The position numbers and the translations under genes were made by a program. The notes beneath the pieces are model-generated. The model was not told where the DNA came from and did not search any database. It saw nothing but the letters and a program-made list of their open reading frames with translations. A DNA stretch of 64,000 nt from a virus (taxonomy: Duplodnaviria > Caudoviricetes), in the IMG/VR virus record IMGVR_UViG_3300020576_001287, positions 16,489-80,488 of that record; one strand, given 5' to 3'. The first letter of the stretch is position 1, and the number at the start of each line of letters is the position of its first letter. Shown here in pieces: positions 29,861 through 39,135 of this stretch.

Positions 29861-31156
29861 ATGGACTTGAACGCTTTAAAAAAGAAGCAACAGCAGCTTG
29901 ATTCTCGGTCTGGTAGTGACGGGTTTCTCAGCAGAAAAGATTTAACAGCCGATGGTATGGTAGTTCGGCTTGTACCCCCGTCACCGCAACTTGACGGCAT
30001 GTTTCACCTAGAGGTAAAAAAGTACTGGTTCCCAACACCGGACGGTAAGAAGCAGGGTATTATATGCGTAAGCACATTCGGCAAGGACAGCGTTATAGAA
30101 GAAGAGTTGGCAATGGCTAATGAATCTGAAGATGAAGAGCTGTTGGAGTTGGTACAGGAAGTAAAGCTACAGTCTGAGAACTGGATGGGAGTTTTACAGT
30201 TGGTGTACAAAAAAGACCGTAACGATAACGTGATAGGCGTAGAAGTTGTGGACGGGCATGGTAAGATATTGCAGGTACCTAACACATGCCTCAATGCAAT
30301 TATCAAGCTGGCTACAAACAAAATGGCCCTTAAAGAACCTACCAAGCATGGTAGCACTGATGGTATCGCTGACCGTGAATACGGTAGCAACATGCTTCTC
30401 TCTAAAACCGGTAAGGCACTATCCACCAAATACGATGCTGCTTTAGATGAGCAGATGGAGATAGAAGAAAAGTACTACCGTGATCTGCCTGACGTTTACA
30501 CGGTTGCTAAAAATCAGATGAAGTCTGTAAGTATGCAACGTGCTTTGATCCGTGAATACCTGTATGGGGAAGCTATACCCAAAGCTGTAAAGGCTAAGGA
30601 AGATGCCAGGGTAGAGGCTCTGAAAGCCTCAAGACCATCTACGGTTAAGAAGAAACCTACAGCAGCATCTGATGACGATGATGACGAAGACGAGGCACCA
30701 GCCCCGAAGAAAAAGGCAGCTAAGAAACCTGTGGAGGAAGATGAGGACGAAGATGATGAGCCGGCTCCGGTTAAGAAGAAAAGTAAAAAGCCTGTTGATG
30801 AGGATGACGAGGACGAAGCACCTCCATTTAAACCAGTCGGAAAAAAGAAAGCTGCAATACTTCTGGATGCTGATGATGACGATGATGACTATGAGGTACC
30901 TGCTACCAAAAAGGGTAAAAAGCAATTGGAGGAGGACGATGATGACGATGAGCCTATACCTGCAAAGAAAAAGGCTACACCACCAGCTCCGGCTAAGAAA
31001 GCAGCACCGAAGAAGAAAACAATAGTAGACGAAGATGATGACGAGGAGGAAGATATACAGCCGGTTAAAAAGAAGTCATCTGCGCCTGTAGCAGGTAAAG
31101 GAGCAAAGAAGACAATACTTGATGACCTGGATTTAGACGAGGATGATGACGAATAG
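29861..31156 (+). CDS. Single-stranded DNA binding protein (gp32-like) with a very long D/E/K-rich tail
   Basis: VVRLVPP...KKYW; ADREYGSNMLLSKTGKALSTKY; acidic C-terminus. Confidence 0.75.
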   Translation: MDLNALKKKQQQLDSRSGSDGFLSRKDLTADGMVVRLVPPSPQLDGMFHLEVKKYWFPTPDGKKQGIICVSTFGKDSVIEEELAMANESEDEELLELVQEVKLQSENWMGVLQLVYKKDRNDNVIGVEVVDGHGKILQVPNTCLNAIIKLATNKMALKEPTKHGSTDGIADREYGSNMLLSKTGKALSTKYDAALDEQMEIEEKYYRDLPDVYTVAKNQMKSVSMQRALIREYLYGEAIPKAVKAKEDARVEALKASRPSTVKKKPTAASDDDDDEDEAPAPKKKAAKKPVEEDEDEDDEPAPVKKKSKKPVDEDDEDEAPPFKPVGKKKAAILLDADDDDDDYEVPATKKGKKQLEEDDDDDEPIPAKKKATPPAPAKKAAPKKKTIVDEDDDEEEDIQPVKKKSSAPVAGKGAKKTILDDLDLDEDDDE

Positions 31157-31174
31157 TAAAAGCAACTAATACCA

Positions 31175-31663
31175 ATGGCAAATTTTAATGACACATTAGA
31201 AATGCAAGGGGAGCTATCGAAAGATAGCTCCTCTATATTTTTTCCGCACTTCCGCATATACCAGCGATACCTTAAAAAGTTTGCTGGGCAGGAGCTGATG
31301 GTAAAAATTGAAATACTACGCCACAAAAGATCGGATAAACAAAACCGGTACATGTGGGCGGTTATTGTGCCTTATGTACAGCACTGGTTGCATGAAACAG
31401 AGGGGAAACGTTATAAGCGTGACCATGTGTATAGCTGGATACGTATTTCCCTGCTTGAAGAGGAGCCGGTAATAGTTACTATACAGGGCAAGGAGATGAT
31501 AGAAATGACAGGTAAGCGGTTCTCACAGATGAGTACTAAGGAGTTTGGAGAGGCAGTTGATACCATACGTGAAAAGATGCTAGAGCGAGGGGTAGATATA
31601 CCGGAACCAACTACAGATAAACGAAAACATAATTTTCCTCACGAGTTTTTAGAAGACGAATAA
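31175..31663 (+). CDS. NinB / Orf-like recombination accessory protein
   Basis: KRSDKQNRYMWAVI and SQMSTKEFGEAVDTIR patterns. Confidence 0.55.
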   Translation: MANFNDTLEMQGELSKDSSSIFFPHFRIYQRYLKKFAGQELMVKIEILRHKRSDKQNRYMWAVIVPYVQHWLHETEGKRYKRDHVYSWIRISLLEEEPVIVTIQGKEMIEMTGKRFSQMSTKEFGEAVDTIREKMLERGVDIPEPTTDKRKHNFPHEFLEDE

Positions 31664-31664
31664 C

Positions 31665-31922
31665 ATGATACCAGTAGACTTCCCAGGCTGTAACAAGGTA
31701 TTTACTAGGCCTGCTAATATGACAGATGAACAATGCGGTAGCTTATATTGCATGGTAGCGGTAACTGAGGATGGAATACCGCTAACCCGCCAAGCTTGGC
31801 AACCAAACAAAGAGGACATAGAGGCTATAAATGCTGGCAGGCCAATATTCATAGACTTGCTCACACACCATATACCCCCTGTTGCCGTATTTACTTTTGA
31901 TGACAAAGGAGAGATAAACTAA
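31665..31922 (+). CDS. Hypothetical protein
   Basis: Coupled ORF. Confidence 0.6.
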   Translation: MIPVDFPGCNKVFTRPANMTDEQCGSLYCMVAVTEDGIPLTRQAWQPNKEDIEAINAGRPIFIDLLTHHIPPVAVFTFDDKGEIN

Positions 31923-31932
31923 AGTAGCTTTA

Positions 31933-32268
31933 ATGGAACCTACAGTTATAGCCGTAATTGGCACTAGGTATTTAGGTGAATATGAGGTATTCAAGTCTCA
32001 CATGTTTAAGCTACTTGCAAATTTCAGAGTAGGCAAGAAGTATAAAGAAGTAGAAGTAATATCCAGTAGCTTGCAACCATTAGACATATTCCCCATAATG
32101 TGGGCCAAGAGGCGTAGGATATACGGGGGCAATTCTGCTACCGTAAAAGAGTTGTTAGGTAAGGCAGATTACATAATAGCATTTTGGGATACTCGCTGTG
32201 AGGTAGTAGCTGATGTTGTTCTACAGGCTAGGTTAAAAGGAATAAAAGTTAAACTTATAAAGCATTAA
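31933..32268 (+). CDS. Divergent SLOG-like protein
   Basis: VIAVIGTRY...ADYIIAFWD resembles 24597..24959. Confidence 0.55.
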   Translation: MEPTVIAVIGTRYLGEYEVFKSHMFKLLANFRVGKKYKEVEVISSSLQPLDIFPIMWAKRRRIYGGNSATVKELLGKADYIIAFWDTRCEVVADVVLQARLKGIKVKLIKH

Positions 32269-32269
32269 C

Positions 32270-33265
32270 ATGACACACCCAATTTTATACTTTACGGATT
32301 TACACGTTAACCGTTATAATCAATTCTCAGAACACCATGACCGGCTAAAGGATTGTCTTAAAGTTATCAATGATGCTTTTAAATTCATTGATAAGGTTGG
32401 GGGCAAAACTATATTGTTTGGCGGGGATATGGGGGACTTACCTAAGTGGATATACATTGATGTAATTGATTCCATTATCAAATGTTTGTCCAATAACTTT
32501 CGGAAGTTTCCGCATATAACTATGGTGGCAATATCCGGCAACCACGATCACAATACAAAGAATCTAATTGATAAACCTGCCAAGACTTTGCTTAGTGTAT
32601 TCGCTGTAGCATTTCCTGACAGGTTTATTTTAATTGATAACGAGCATTACTTTATTCCTGGGGCAATAACTTTTGGTATACCTTACTACGAGTACCCTGA
32701 GCATTACAGTAAGGCTTTAGAGGCTCAGGTAGAGCTGGCAACCGGTATGAGTGAGGAGTTTCCCGAAGTGTCCAAAATACTCCTCATACACCAGACACCG
32801 GAGGGTATCTACAATAAGCACATAAAAGCTGACACTAACCCCAATGACCCAAGGTATAAGCACTTTGATATTGTGTTAGATGGGCACATACACAAGAAGC
32901 AGATAATAAACCCAAGATTTATAATAGGTGGTAACCCTCTGCATAGAGACCTAGGGGATATAGGAGACGAAAAGGGTATGTGGGTTATGGATGCTTCAGA
33001 GCCGGTTAGAACACTGGATTTCATTAGTCGTAAAGGCAGATACCCAGAGTTTGTAGTAATGAAGCAGGAGGACATAACAGACGAGGTTAAACACACTACG
33101 TTTGCTGTGCCGGATATGACAGAGCAAAAAGTAACTTTACCTGGTAGTGCTGATGCTAATTTGTTTGCCTCCAACCTGTCTAAGGAAACCTTGATAACTA
33201 ACTTTTGGAAGCAGATGGAGGGTAAGAATGAGAGGCTTTTGAAAACCGGATTATCCCTGATTTAA
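32270..33265 (+). CDS. Mre11 / SbcD (gp47-like) metallophosphoesterase nuclease
   Basis: FTDLH, FGGDMGD, SGNHD, LIHQT, LDGHIH. Confidence 0.9.
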   Translation: MTHPILYFTDLHVNRYNQFSEHHDRLKDCLKVINDAFKFIDKVGGKTILFGGDMGDLPKWIYIDVIDSIIKCLSNNFRKFPHITMVAISGNHDHNTKNLIDKPAKTLLSVFAVAFPDRFILIDNEHYFIPGAITFGIPYYEYPEHYSKALEAQVELATGMSEEFPEVSKILLIHQTPEGIYNKHIKADTNPNDPRYKHFDIVLDGHIHKKQIINPRFIIGGNPLHRDLGDIGDEKGMWVMDASEPVRTLDFISRKGRYPEFVVMKQEDITDEVKHTTFAVPDMTEQKVTLPGSADANLFASNLSKETLITNFWKQMEGKNERLLKTGLSLI

Positions 33266-33367
33266 AGTAACTTTAAAAATAGTTTGGGAATTATTTTGTG
33301 GTCCCAATTTTAATTCTGAATTTTACAGTCTAACAAAATTTCTTTTTAACCAATTCAATCAAAATTT

Positions 33368-34486
33368 ATGGCAGCGGCAGCAGCAAAAGCACGTACAGCA
33401 AAGATTATCTTTTTGTGGCCCGAACAGCTTAAAGTAGCTAAGGGGTTCAATGTAAGGTTTGAAATGGGGGACATAACAGCCCTTGCAAAATCAATCGTAA
33501 GTAACGGCATCAAAGAGCCAATTCGCGGGTACAATTCCGGTGAGAAGACTACAGACGGGCTACCTATTTACATCATCACTGATGGACACCGTAGGTTTAC
33601 AGCGGCCCAGCGCATAGCTGATAAGATGGAAGAAGGTGACTTTATCCCATTCTTTGAAGAGCCAAAGGAATACACCAACGAAGACCGTGTAGTAGACATG
33701 CTCATTACCGGAGAGAATAAGAAACCACTGAACTTGCTGGAAGCAGCCAGGGCGGTTAAACGCCTGAAAGATGCAGGTTGGAAAAACAGTGAGATAGCCG
33801 CACGTATCGGTAAATCTCCTACCCACATTACCGACTGCCTCATACTGGTAGACAGGGCAAGCGAAGAAAATATAAAGTCTATTGAAGACGGCAGTATGAC
33901 CGCTTCCAGCATATTGGAGATGCTGAAAATAAACTCCTCTGAAGTTGTGGAGCAGGTGGTAGCTAAGGGCAAGGAATCAGCAGCAGCTAAGGGTAAAACC
34001 AAGCTAAAGGTATCTGAGCTGGAAGAAGAAAGCGGGGAAGCACTTACAACCAAGGGTAAGAAAAAATCCACATCTGCAAAAGAAAATTCTGTAGCTCAGG
34101 CCGGTACAGAAAAGAAAGAAGAAAAAGTAGATGCTTCATTACAGCGTTTGTTGGACTTACGGGCAGTGCTGAAAGCTCAGGAAGCTGTAGACAAGGTACC
34201 AGGTTCTTTTGAACTGCTTAACGCACTTATCAAGATAGCCAAGGGCACTAAAATGCCTATTGACGTTCTGGATATGTTTATAGTGCAGGAGCCGGAAGTA
34301 GCAGACGAAGCCCCTGAAGAAGAGGAAGAGGCACCGGTAAAGCCAGCTAAAAAGGCTAAGGCGGAAGAAAAGAAAGTAAGTAAAAAGAAAACATCTGCGG
34401 CCCCTGTAGAAGAAGAGCCGGAGGTAGAAGACCTTGCAGAGGACTTGGAAGAAGAGGAAGAGGAGGACGAAGATTGGGTAGAATAG
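33368..34486 (+). CDS. parB: ParB / Spo0J-like CTPase-domain protein with HTH and charged tail
   Basis: LAKSIVSNGIKEPI; ITDGHRRF Arg patch; NSEIAARIGKSPTHI HTH. Confidence 0.85.
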   Translation: MAAAAAKARTAKIIFLWPEQLKVAKGFNVRFEMGDITALAKSIVSNGIKEPIRGYNSGEKTTDGLPIYIITDGHRRFTAAQRIADKMEEGDFIPFFEEPKEYTNEDRVVDMLITGENKKPLNLLEAARAVKRLKDAGWKNSEIAARIGKSPTHITDCLILVDRASEENIKSIEDGSMTASSILEMLKINSSEVVEQVVAKGKESAAAKGKTKLKVSELEEESGEALTTKGKKKSTSAKENSVAQAGTEKKEEKVDASLQRLLDLRAVLKAQEAVDKVPGSFELLNALIKIAKGTKMPIDVLDMFIVQEPEVADEAPEEEEEAPVKPAKKAKAEEKKVSKKKTSAAPVEEEPEVEDLAEDLEEEEEEDEDWVE

Positions 34487-34505
34487 TGCAAGGGAGTTTA
34501 AACAT

Positions 34506-34548
34506 AAGCAGGGGTACGACCGTAGTGATACGCTACCCCTGCTTTTTT
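34506..34548 (+). terminator. Intrinsic terminator
   Basis: AAGCAGGGGTA...TACCCCTGCTT plus T-run. Confidence 0.8.
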
Positions 34549-34567
34549 AATGTACACAACATACGGT

Positions 34568-36505
34568 ATGAAGCAAATAACCATAAGAAGTATTACCCTG
34601 GAAGGGTTTAGATCATATACCACCCCCGTTACGTTCCAATTCAATACCACAGGGCTACATCTGATAAAGGGGGACAATGGGGAGGGCAAGACTACTATAT
34701 TTTCTGCCTTGTATTGGGTAATGTATAAGCAGAATCTTAATGATACCAATAACGATAAAGTAGCCACATGGAAACACATGAGAACCACCGAGTTTAAGGG
34801 GACTCGTGTGATTGTGTATTTTGGTGTAGGGCGATACAAGTATATGGTAGCAAGACACCTGCATTATAAGGGCAAGACAGCAGGTGTAGTGGGCGAGAAC
34901 CACCTAATGATATTCCGCAAGGAGAAAGTAGACAAGGAGAAGTTTAATTCCAGCCACCAGATTAATGACGAGTTGTATAAAGCCGACCAACAAGCTTACC
35001 TGATTAAGATATTGGGTATAGATGCCAAGACGTTTGTTAACTCGGTTATATTCGGGCAGCGTATGGCAAGGCTAATGAGCAGCAAGGATGCAGACAAGCG
35101 CAACTTATTTGAATCCCTATTTGATGTTGATTTTATTGACGAGCTGAAGAAGAACGCTAATAGCAAACACTCTGAATTGTCTACCAAGATTTTAAGGTAC
35201 ACCAATGAAAAAGAGGTATTGGATAGTAAAGTTACTTTACTTACTAGGCAGTTAGCTACAGCCAATAATGTACATGCCGAATTTAAAGAACAGCGATCAG
35301 CCAGGTTAAAAGCATTTAAAGAGCAGGCAGCACATAAGCTGGAAGAGTTGGCAAGTACTCAGCAGCTTGTAGAGGTAGCTAAGAAGAAAGCAGCCAAGGC
35401 GGATAAGACAAACGTACTGGAAGTATTGATACAGGATGCCGATACCAAACGTGAGGCCAATGCTGCGGCTAAACAACGGCTGAGTAATGTTAAGCAGGAT
35501 ATAGCTGATTACGAGAGGCAATATACAGCCTCAGAGGTTAGGCTAAATAATTGGGCAACTACCTTACAGCAGGTCAAAGATACCTGCCCTACTTGTGGTG
35601 GCCCCCTGTCTGTGGAAACAGTAGCGAAGTCTAGGAAAGTTATTCTTGACAACATTCAGCAGGAGAAAGATATTAAGAAGAGTATTGCCAGTAAGATAAC
35701 CAAGTACCAGCAGTCTCAGGAAAACTTGCAGCTAGAGGTAAATTCGTCTTTAAAGGAGTTTACGGCTGCGATGGATGCCTACAATGAAGCCAAGCAACAT
35801 GTAACTATAAACAACAGTAACACGGAGCTGTTAGCACTGGAACAAAAGGCAAGATTACTCCAACAGTCTATAGACAATATAAAGGCTAACTTTGAAGCTG
35901 AGAGAGCAAGGAAACCCCCTGAGATGGATATAGCTGCTATGGAGGTAGAGTTAGCCGAGTGTAATGAGAGCTTACCCGATTATGAGGCAGCTATATCCAA
36001 AGGCAATAAACTGCTTGCTCGTTATACCTGGTGGATTAAAAATGCGTTTGGGTCTGACGGCTTAAAGGCATACATATTCTCAGCTATGCTTAACCGGCTT
36101 AACGAATGTCTTTCAGTATACACCGCTTACTTTGGCTACACGGTTGCTTTCGGTATTGATCTGACTAAAGCAACTAAACCATTTTACGGTAAAGTAATGC
36201 TTGATGGTGTTAATGATGTAGACTATCAGGAGCTATCCGGTGGGCAAAAACAGAAGATAGATGTATGTATAGCTTTCGCAATGCACGACATGGTAGCTAC
36301 TAAATCCATTTTTAACATTCTGCTATTGGATGAGGTAACAGAGGGCTTAGACATAGAGGCCCAAGAGATGGTAGATACACTGATAAGGATCAAAGCAGAA
36401 ACCAAGGCTGTGTATATTATTTCCCACAGCCCTATGATGGATTACAGTGGGGTAGTGGAGTACACGGTACAAGGGGGTAACAAAACAAAATCTACTATAG
36501 CTTAA
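34568..36505 (+). CDS. Rad50 / SbcC (gp46-like) SMC ATPase
   Basis: GDNGEGKT; CPTC zinc hook; LSGGQ signature; LLLDE. Confidence 0.93.
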   Translation: MKQITIRSITLEGFRSYTTPVTFQFNTTGLHLIKGDNGEGKTTIFSALYWVMYKQNLNDTNNDKVATWKHMRTTEFKGTRVIVYFGVGRYKYMVARHLHYKGKTAGVVGENHLMIFRKEKVDKEKFNSSHQINDELYKADQQAYLIKILGIDAKTFVNSVIFGQRMARLMSSKDADKRNLFESLFDVDFIDELKKNANSKHSELSTKILRYTNEKEVLDSKVTLLTRQLATANNVHAEFKEQRSARLKAFKEQAAHKLEELASTQQLVEVAKKKAAKADKTNVLEVLIQDADTKREANAAAKQRLSNVKQDIADYERQYTASEVRLNNWATTLQQVKDTCPTCGGPLSVETVAKSRKVILDNIQQEKDIKKSIASKITKYQQSQENLQLEVNSSLKEFTAAMDAYNEAKQHVTINNSNTELLALEQKARLLQQSIDNIKANFEAERARKPPEMDIAAMEVELAECNESLPDYEAAISKGNKLLARYTWWIKNAFGSDGLKAYIFSAMLNRLNECLSVYTAYFGYTVAFGIDLTKATKPFYGKVMLDGVNDVDYQELSGGQKQKIDVCIAFAMHDMVATKSIFNILLLDEVTEGLDIEAQEMVDTLIRIKAETKAVYIISHSPMMDYSGVVEYTVQGGNKTKSTIA

Positions 36506-36591
36506 TGAAACTTAGAGGCGTATTACCCATAGCACACATTTTATCCTACTTAAAATAAAGTAACTTTACAAAACAAATAAAAACAACAGCA

Positions 36592-36756
36592 ATGGCAAAG
36601 AGTAACATAGTAAACGAGGACGGAACACCAATAGCCTTGTTACCGTCAAAATCAGACAGTCCGTATCCGGTAAAGAAACGTAAGGATACAACACCAGTAA
36701 AGAAGCAGCCGGATTACAGAAAGCGTAGTAAACACAGTAGCACTTTGTCTTTATGA
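36592..36756 (+). CDS. Small basic hypothetical protein (54 aa; not in the ORF track)
   Basis: MAKSNIVNEDG...; A-rich leader; ATGA overlap with the next gene. Confidence 0.5.
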   Translation: MAKSNIVNEDGTPIALLPSKSDSPYPVKKRKDTTPVKKQPDYRKRSKHSSTLSL

Positions 36757-37316
36757 GCGATATATACGATGAGGTGTTTGGAGAGACCCGTAAGCGTAAT
36801 ACAATAAACTCCAAACAAAAAGGGAACACAAATGAAAGAGCCTGTGCCAAAGCCTTAAAACTTTGGACAGGCGTTCCGTTTGTACGGGTACCGGCTTCTG
36901 GGGGGCTACGTTGGCAGAATGCTACCAATACTGCTGCTGACCTTATATGTGATAGTGTTGACTTCTATTTTCCACTTACTGTAGAGACAAAGGCACTGGC
37001 AGAAATAGCTACCCCAAGAGTACTACCGGCACGATCCAGGCTATTCACTATATGGGAGCAAGTACACGCAGATGCTGTGAGGTCTGATAAGATACCCCTA
37101 GCTATGCTACGTTCCAATGGTATGCCTGCTGGGGAATACCACTTTATACTAGCTGCCGGTATGGGGGGATCAATGCTGGCTTTAAAAGTGCCAATACTAT
37201 TTTCAGGTAGCAACGGTAAGTACAGCATAATAGGCTTTAAGTTTACAGATGTTGTTAAGTGTATGCCTTATGCTACCTTTGCTAAAATGTTGAAGAGACG
37301 TAATTTTAAACACTAA
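36753..37316 (+). CDS. Holliday junction resolvase (Hjc-like PD-(D/E)xK)
   Basis: SKQKGNTNERACAK...RVPASGG...DL...VETK. Confidence 0.75.
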   Translation: MSDIYDEVFGETRKRNTINSKQKGNTNERACAKALKLWTGVPFVRVPASGGLRWQNATNTAADLICDSVDFYFPLTVETKALAEIATPRVLPARSRLFTIWEQVHADAVRSDKIPLAMLRSNGMPAGEYHFILAAGMGGSMLALKVPILFSGSNGKYSIIGFKFTDVVKCMPYATFAKMLKRRNFKH

Positions 37317-37320
37317 TCTT

Positions 37321-37938
37321 ATGATACCAATAAACAGAGTTGATTTCTTTCTTAATCTGACTACCAACGGGCTTAAAGCCACTAAGTTTGATGGTTATGA
37401 TGCTATACTGAATGAGTGGGAGGATATGAAGCTTACCGATCTACGCTGGTTGGCTTACATCTTTGCTACTGTGTACCACGAGACAGACAAGACCATGATG
37501 CCTATAGAGGAGCATGGTAAAGGGGCCGGTAAGAAGTATGGCAAGCGCATTAAGTTCAATGGTAAGCCTTATACAGGGGAGCATTTGTACTACGGCAGGG
37601 GGCACACTCAAAACACCTGGTATGAGATATACGAGATGCTTACATCAAGGGCTAAAGCAGCCGGTAAGAATTGGGACTTTATAAACCACCCTGAGTTACT
37701 GCTAACTATGGAACCTTCAATATGGGCTACGTTCTTGGCAATGACTAAAGGGCTATACACTGGTGTAGGGTTAAGCCGGTATTTCAATGCTGATAAGGAA
37801 GATTGGGTAAATGCTCGTAAGATTATAAACGGGCTGGATAAAGCGGAGCATATAGCAGAGCTTGCTAAGGAATTCTACCTATGTCTGACTGTAGCCCCTA
37901 AAGAGAAACCCACCACTGCTAATAACCCAACAGCATAA
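37321..37938 (+). CDS. Endolysin, GH19-like
   Basis: LAYIFATVYHET...PIEE; YYGRGHTQNTW; ARKIING. Confidence 0.85.
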   Translation: MIPINRVDFFLNLTTNGLKATKFDGYDAILNEWEDMKLTDLRWLAYIFATVYHETDKTMMPIEEHGKGAGKKYGKRIKFNGKPYTGEHLYYGRGHTQNTWYEIYEMLTSRAKAAGKNWDFINHPELLLTMEPSIWATFLAMTKGLYTGVGLSRYFNADKEDWVNARKIINGLDKAEHIAELAKEFYLCLTVAPKEKPTTANNPTA

Positions 37939-37961
37939 AGTAACTTTAAAACATAATTATC

Positions 37962-38408
37962 ATGTCACATAATGAGAGGGTACCATACGCACCGGCTACG
38001 AATGGGCCTAAACCCAGCTTAAATGTAATACCATCCAGAAGCACTACAAAGTACCTTATGTGGTTAGCTATGTGCGTATGGTCGGCTATACTAACAGGCT
38101 TTATAGTACACCTGTCTACACGCCCTGGGGTACCAGCATCTGTTACAGATTGGAAAGCTTCTGTAGACAGCCTGAAGAAGCACGATAAGGTAGCTATAGC
38201 CAAGATAGCAGAGCTGATAGCCATAAGGCAGAAAGACAGCCTTAAACTACAGCAAATAGAGGTAGCATTAAATAATCTTCCAAACAAGTTAAAACAAATA
38301 CAAACCAAGTATGAAAAAGAGACTATTCGTGTTGCTGCCTTGTCTGTTGATGACAAGCTTAGTTTATTCGCAAAACGGCTATCCGAAAAAGATAGTACTG
38401 GAAAATAA
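37962..38408 (+). CDS. Putative inner-membrane spanin-like protein
   Basis: N-terminal TM plus coiled coil, directly after the endolysin. Confidence 0.5.
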   Translation: MSHNERVPYAPATNGPKPSLNVIPSRSTTKYLMWLAMCVWSAILTGFIVHLSTRPGVPASVTDWKASVDSLKKHDKVAIAKIAELIAIRQKDSLKLQQIEVALNNLPNKLKQIQTKYEKETIRVAALSVDDKLSLFAKRLSEKDSTGK

Positions 38409-38748
38409 GGATACGGTAATAGCTATTACCACTACGCAGATGGGTAATATATTGACCCAGCAGATCGCGTGTGATAAGGTAGTAGAGCAGTTAGCTGCCA
38501 GTACAGCCCTGTTAGACAGCGTAGGTAGTAGCTTTATGCTGCATAGGGTTATTGTTGGGAACTACGAGGATCAGATAGACCTTATGCACCTACAGATAGC
38601 CGAGAGGGATTTGACCATAACAAAGGCAGACATACATATTACACAGGATGCCAGGTACATAAAAAAGCTGAAACGTGAGCGTACTTTAATAGGAGCAGCC
38701 GGATTAGCGGTAGCTACTTTTCTATCATACTTACTTATAGCACGATAG
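38311..38748 (+). CDS. Putative second spanin-like lysis protein
   Basis: Overlaps the previous gene; signal peptide, coiled coil, C-terminal hydrophobic helix. Confidence 0.45.
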   Translation: MKKRLFVLLPCLLMTSLVYSQNGYPKKIVLENKDTVIAITTTQMGNILTQQIACDKVVEQLAASTALLDSVGSSFMLHRVIVGNYEDQIDLMHLQIAERDLTITKADIHITQDARYIKKLKRERTLIGAAGLAVATFLSYLLIAR

Positions 38749-38792
38749 AAATTTTCAATGTTGTCAGAATTTTACTACCTTTGTTTCAAATT

Positions 38793-39017
38793 ATGGTTAT
38801 GGAATTGGCTGAAGACAAAGTTTTTAAAATACCTATATACTCAATTAGTGACTTCGCTAAGAAGTTTGCCAATGGTGTACAGACCCAATCTGTGCATTAT
38901 GCTATGGATAACGGTATCATTGACTTTATCAAGATAGGTACACGTAAGTATGTGGTAATGACAGCTAAGACCAAAGAGTACAAACCTAACAATAGCCCCC
39001 GCAGACAAACAGCATAA
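38793..39017 (+). CDS. Small winged-HTH (excisionase / MerR-like) DNA-binding protein
   Basis: YSISDFAKKF...QSVHYAMDNGIIDFIKIGTRKYV; TACCTTTG box at 38776-38783 upstream. Confidence 0.55.
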   Translation: MVMELAEDKVFKIPIYSISDFAKKFANGVQTQSVHYAMDNGIIDFIKIGTRKYVVMTAKTKEYKPNNSPRRQTA

Positions 39018-39043
39018 ACCGGTATATTGATTTTCATACACGC

Positions 39044-39072
39044 ACCCTGCCTAATCAGCAGGGTATTTTTTA
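39044..39072 (+). terminator. Intrinsic terminator
   Basis: ACCCTGC-CTAATCA-GCAGGGT plus T-run. Confidence 0.8.
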
Positions 39073-39085
39073 TTTTTAAAATACT

Positions 39086-39116
39086 GTTGTTTATCAGAAT
39101 TTTTTATTTAGCTTTG
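39086..39116 (+). promoter_or_regulatory. Promoter GTTG-N19-TAGCTTTG
   Basis: Consensus match; shares 26 identical nt with the promoter at 47144. Confidence 0.75.
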
Positions 39117-39135
39117 TGATTCAAAACACAGCAAT

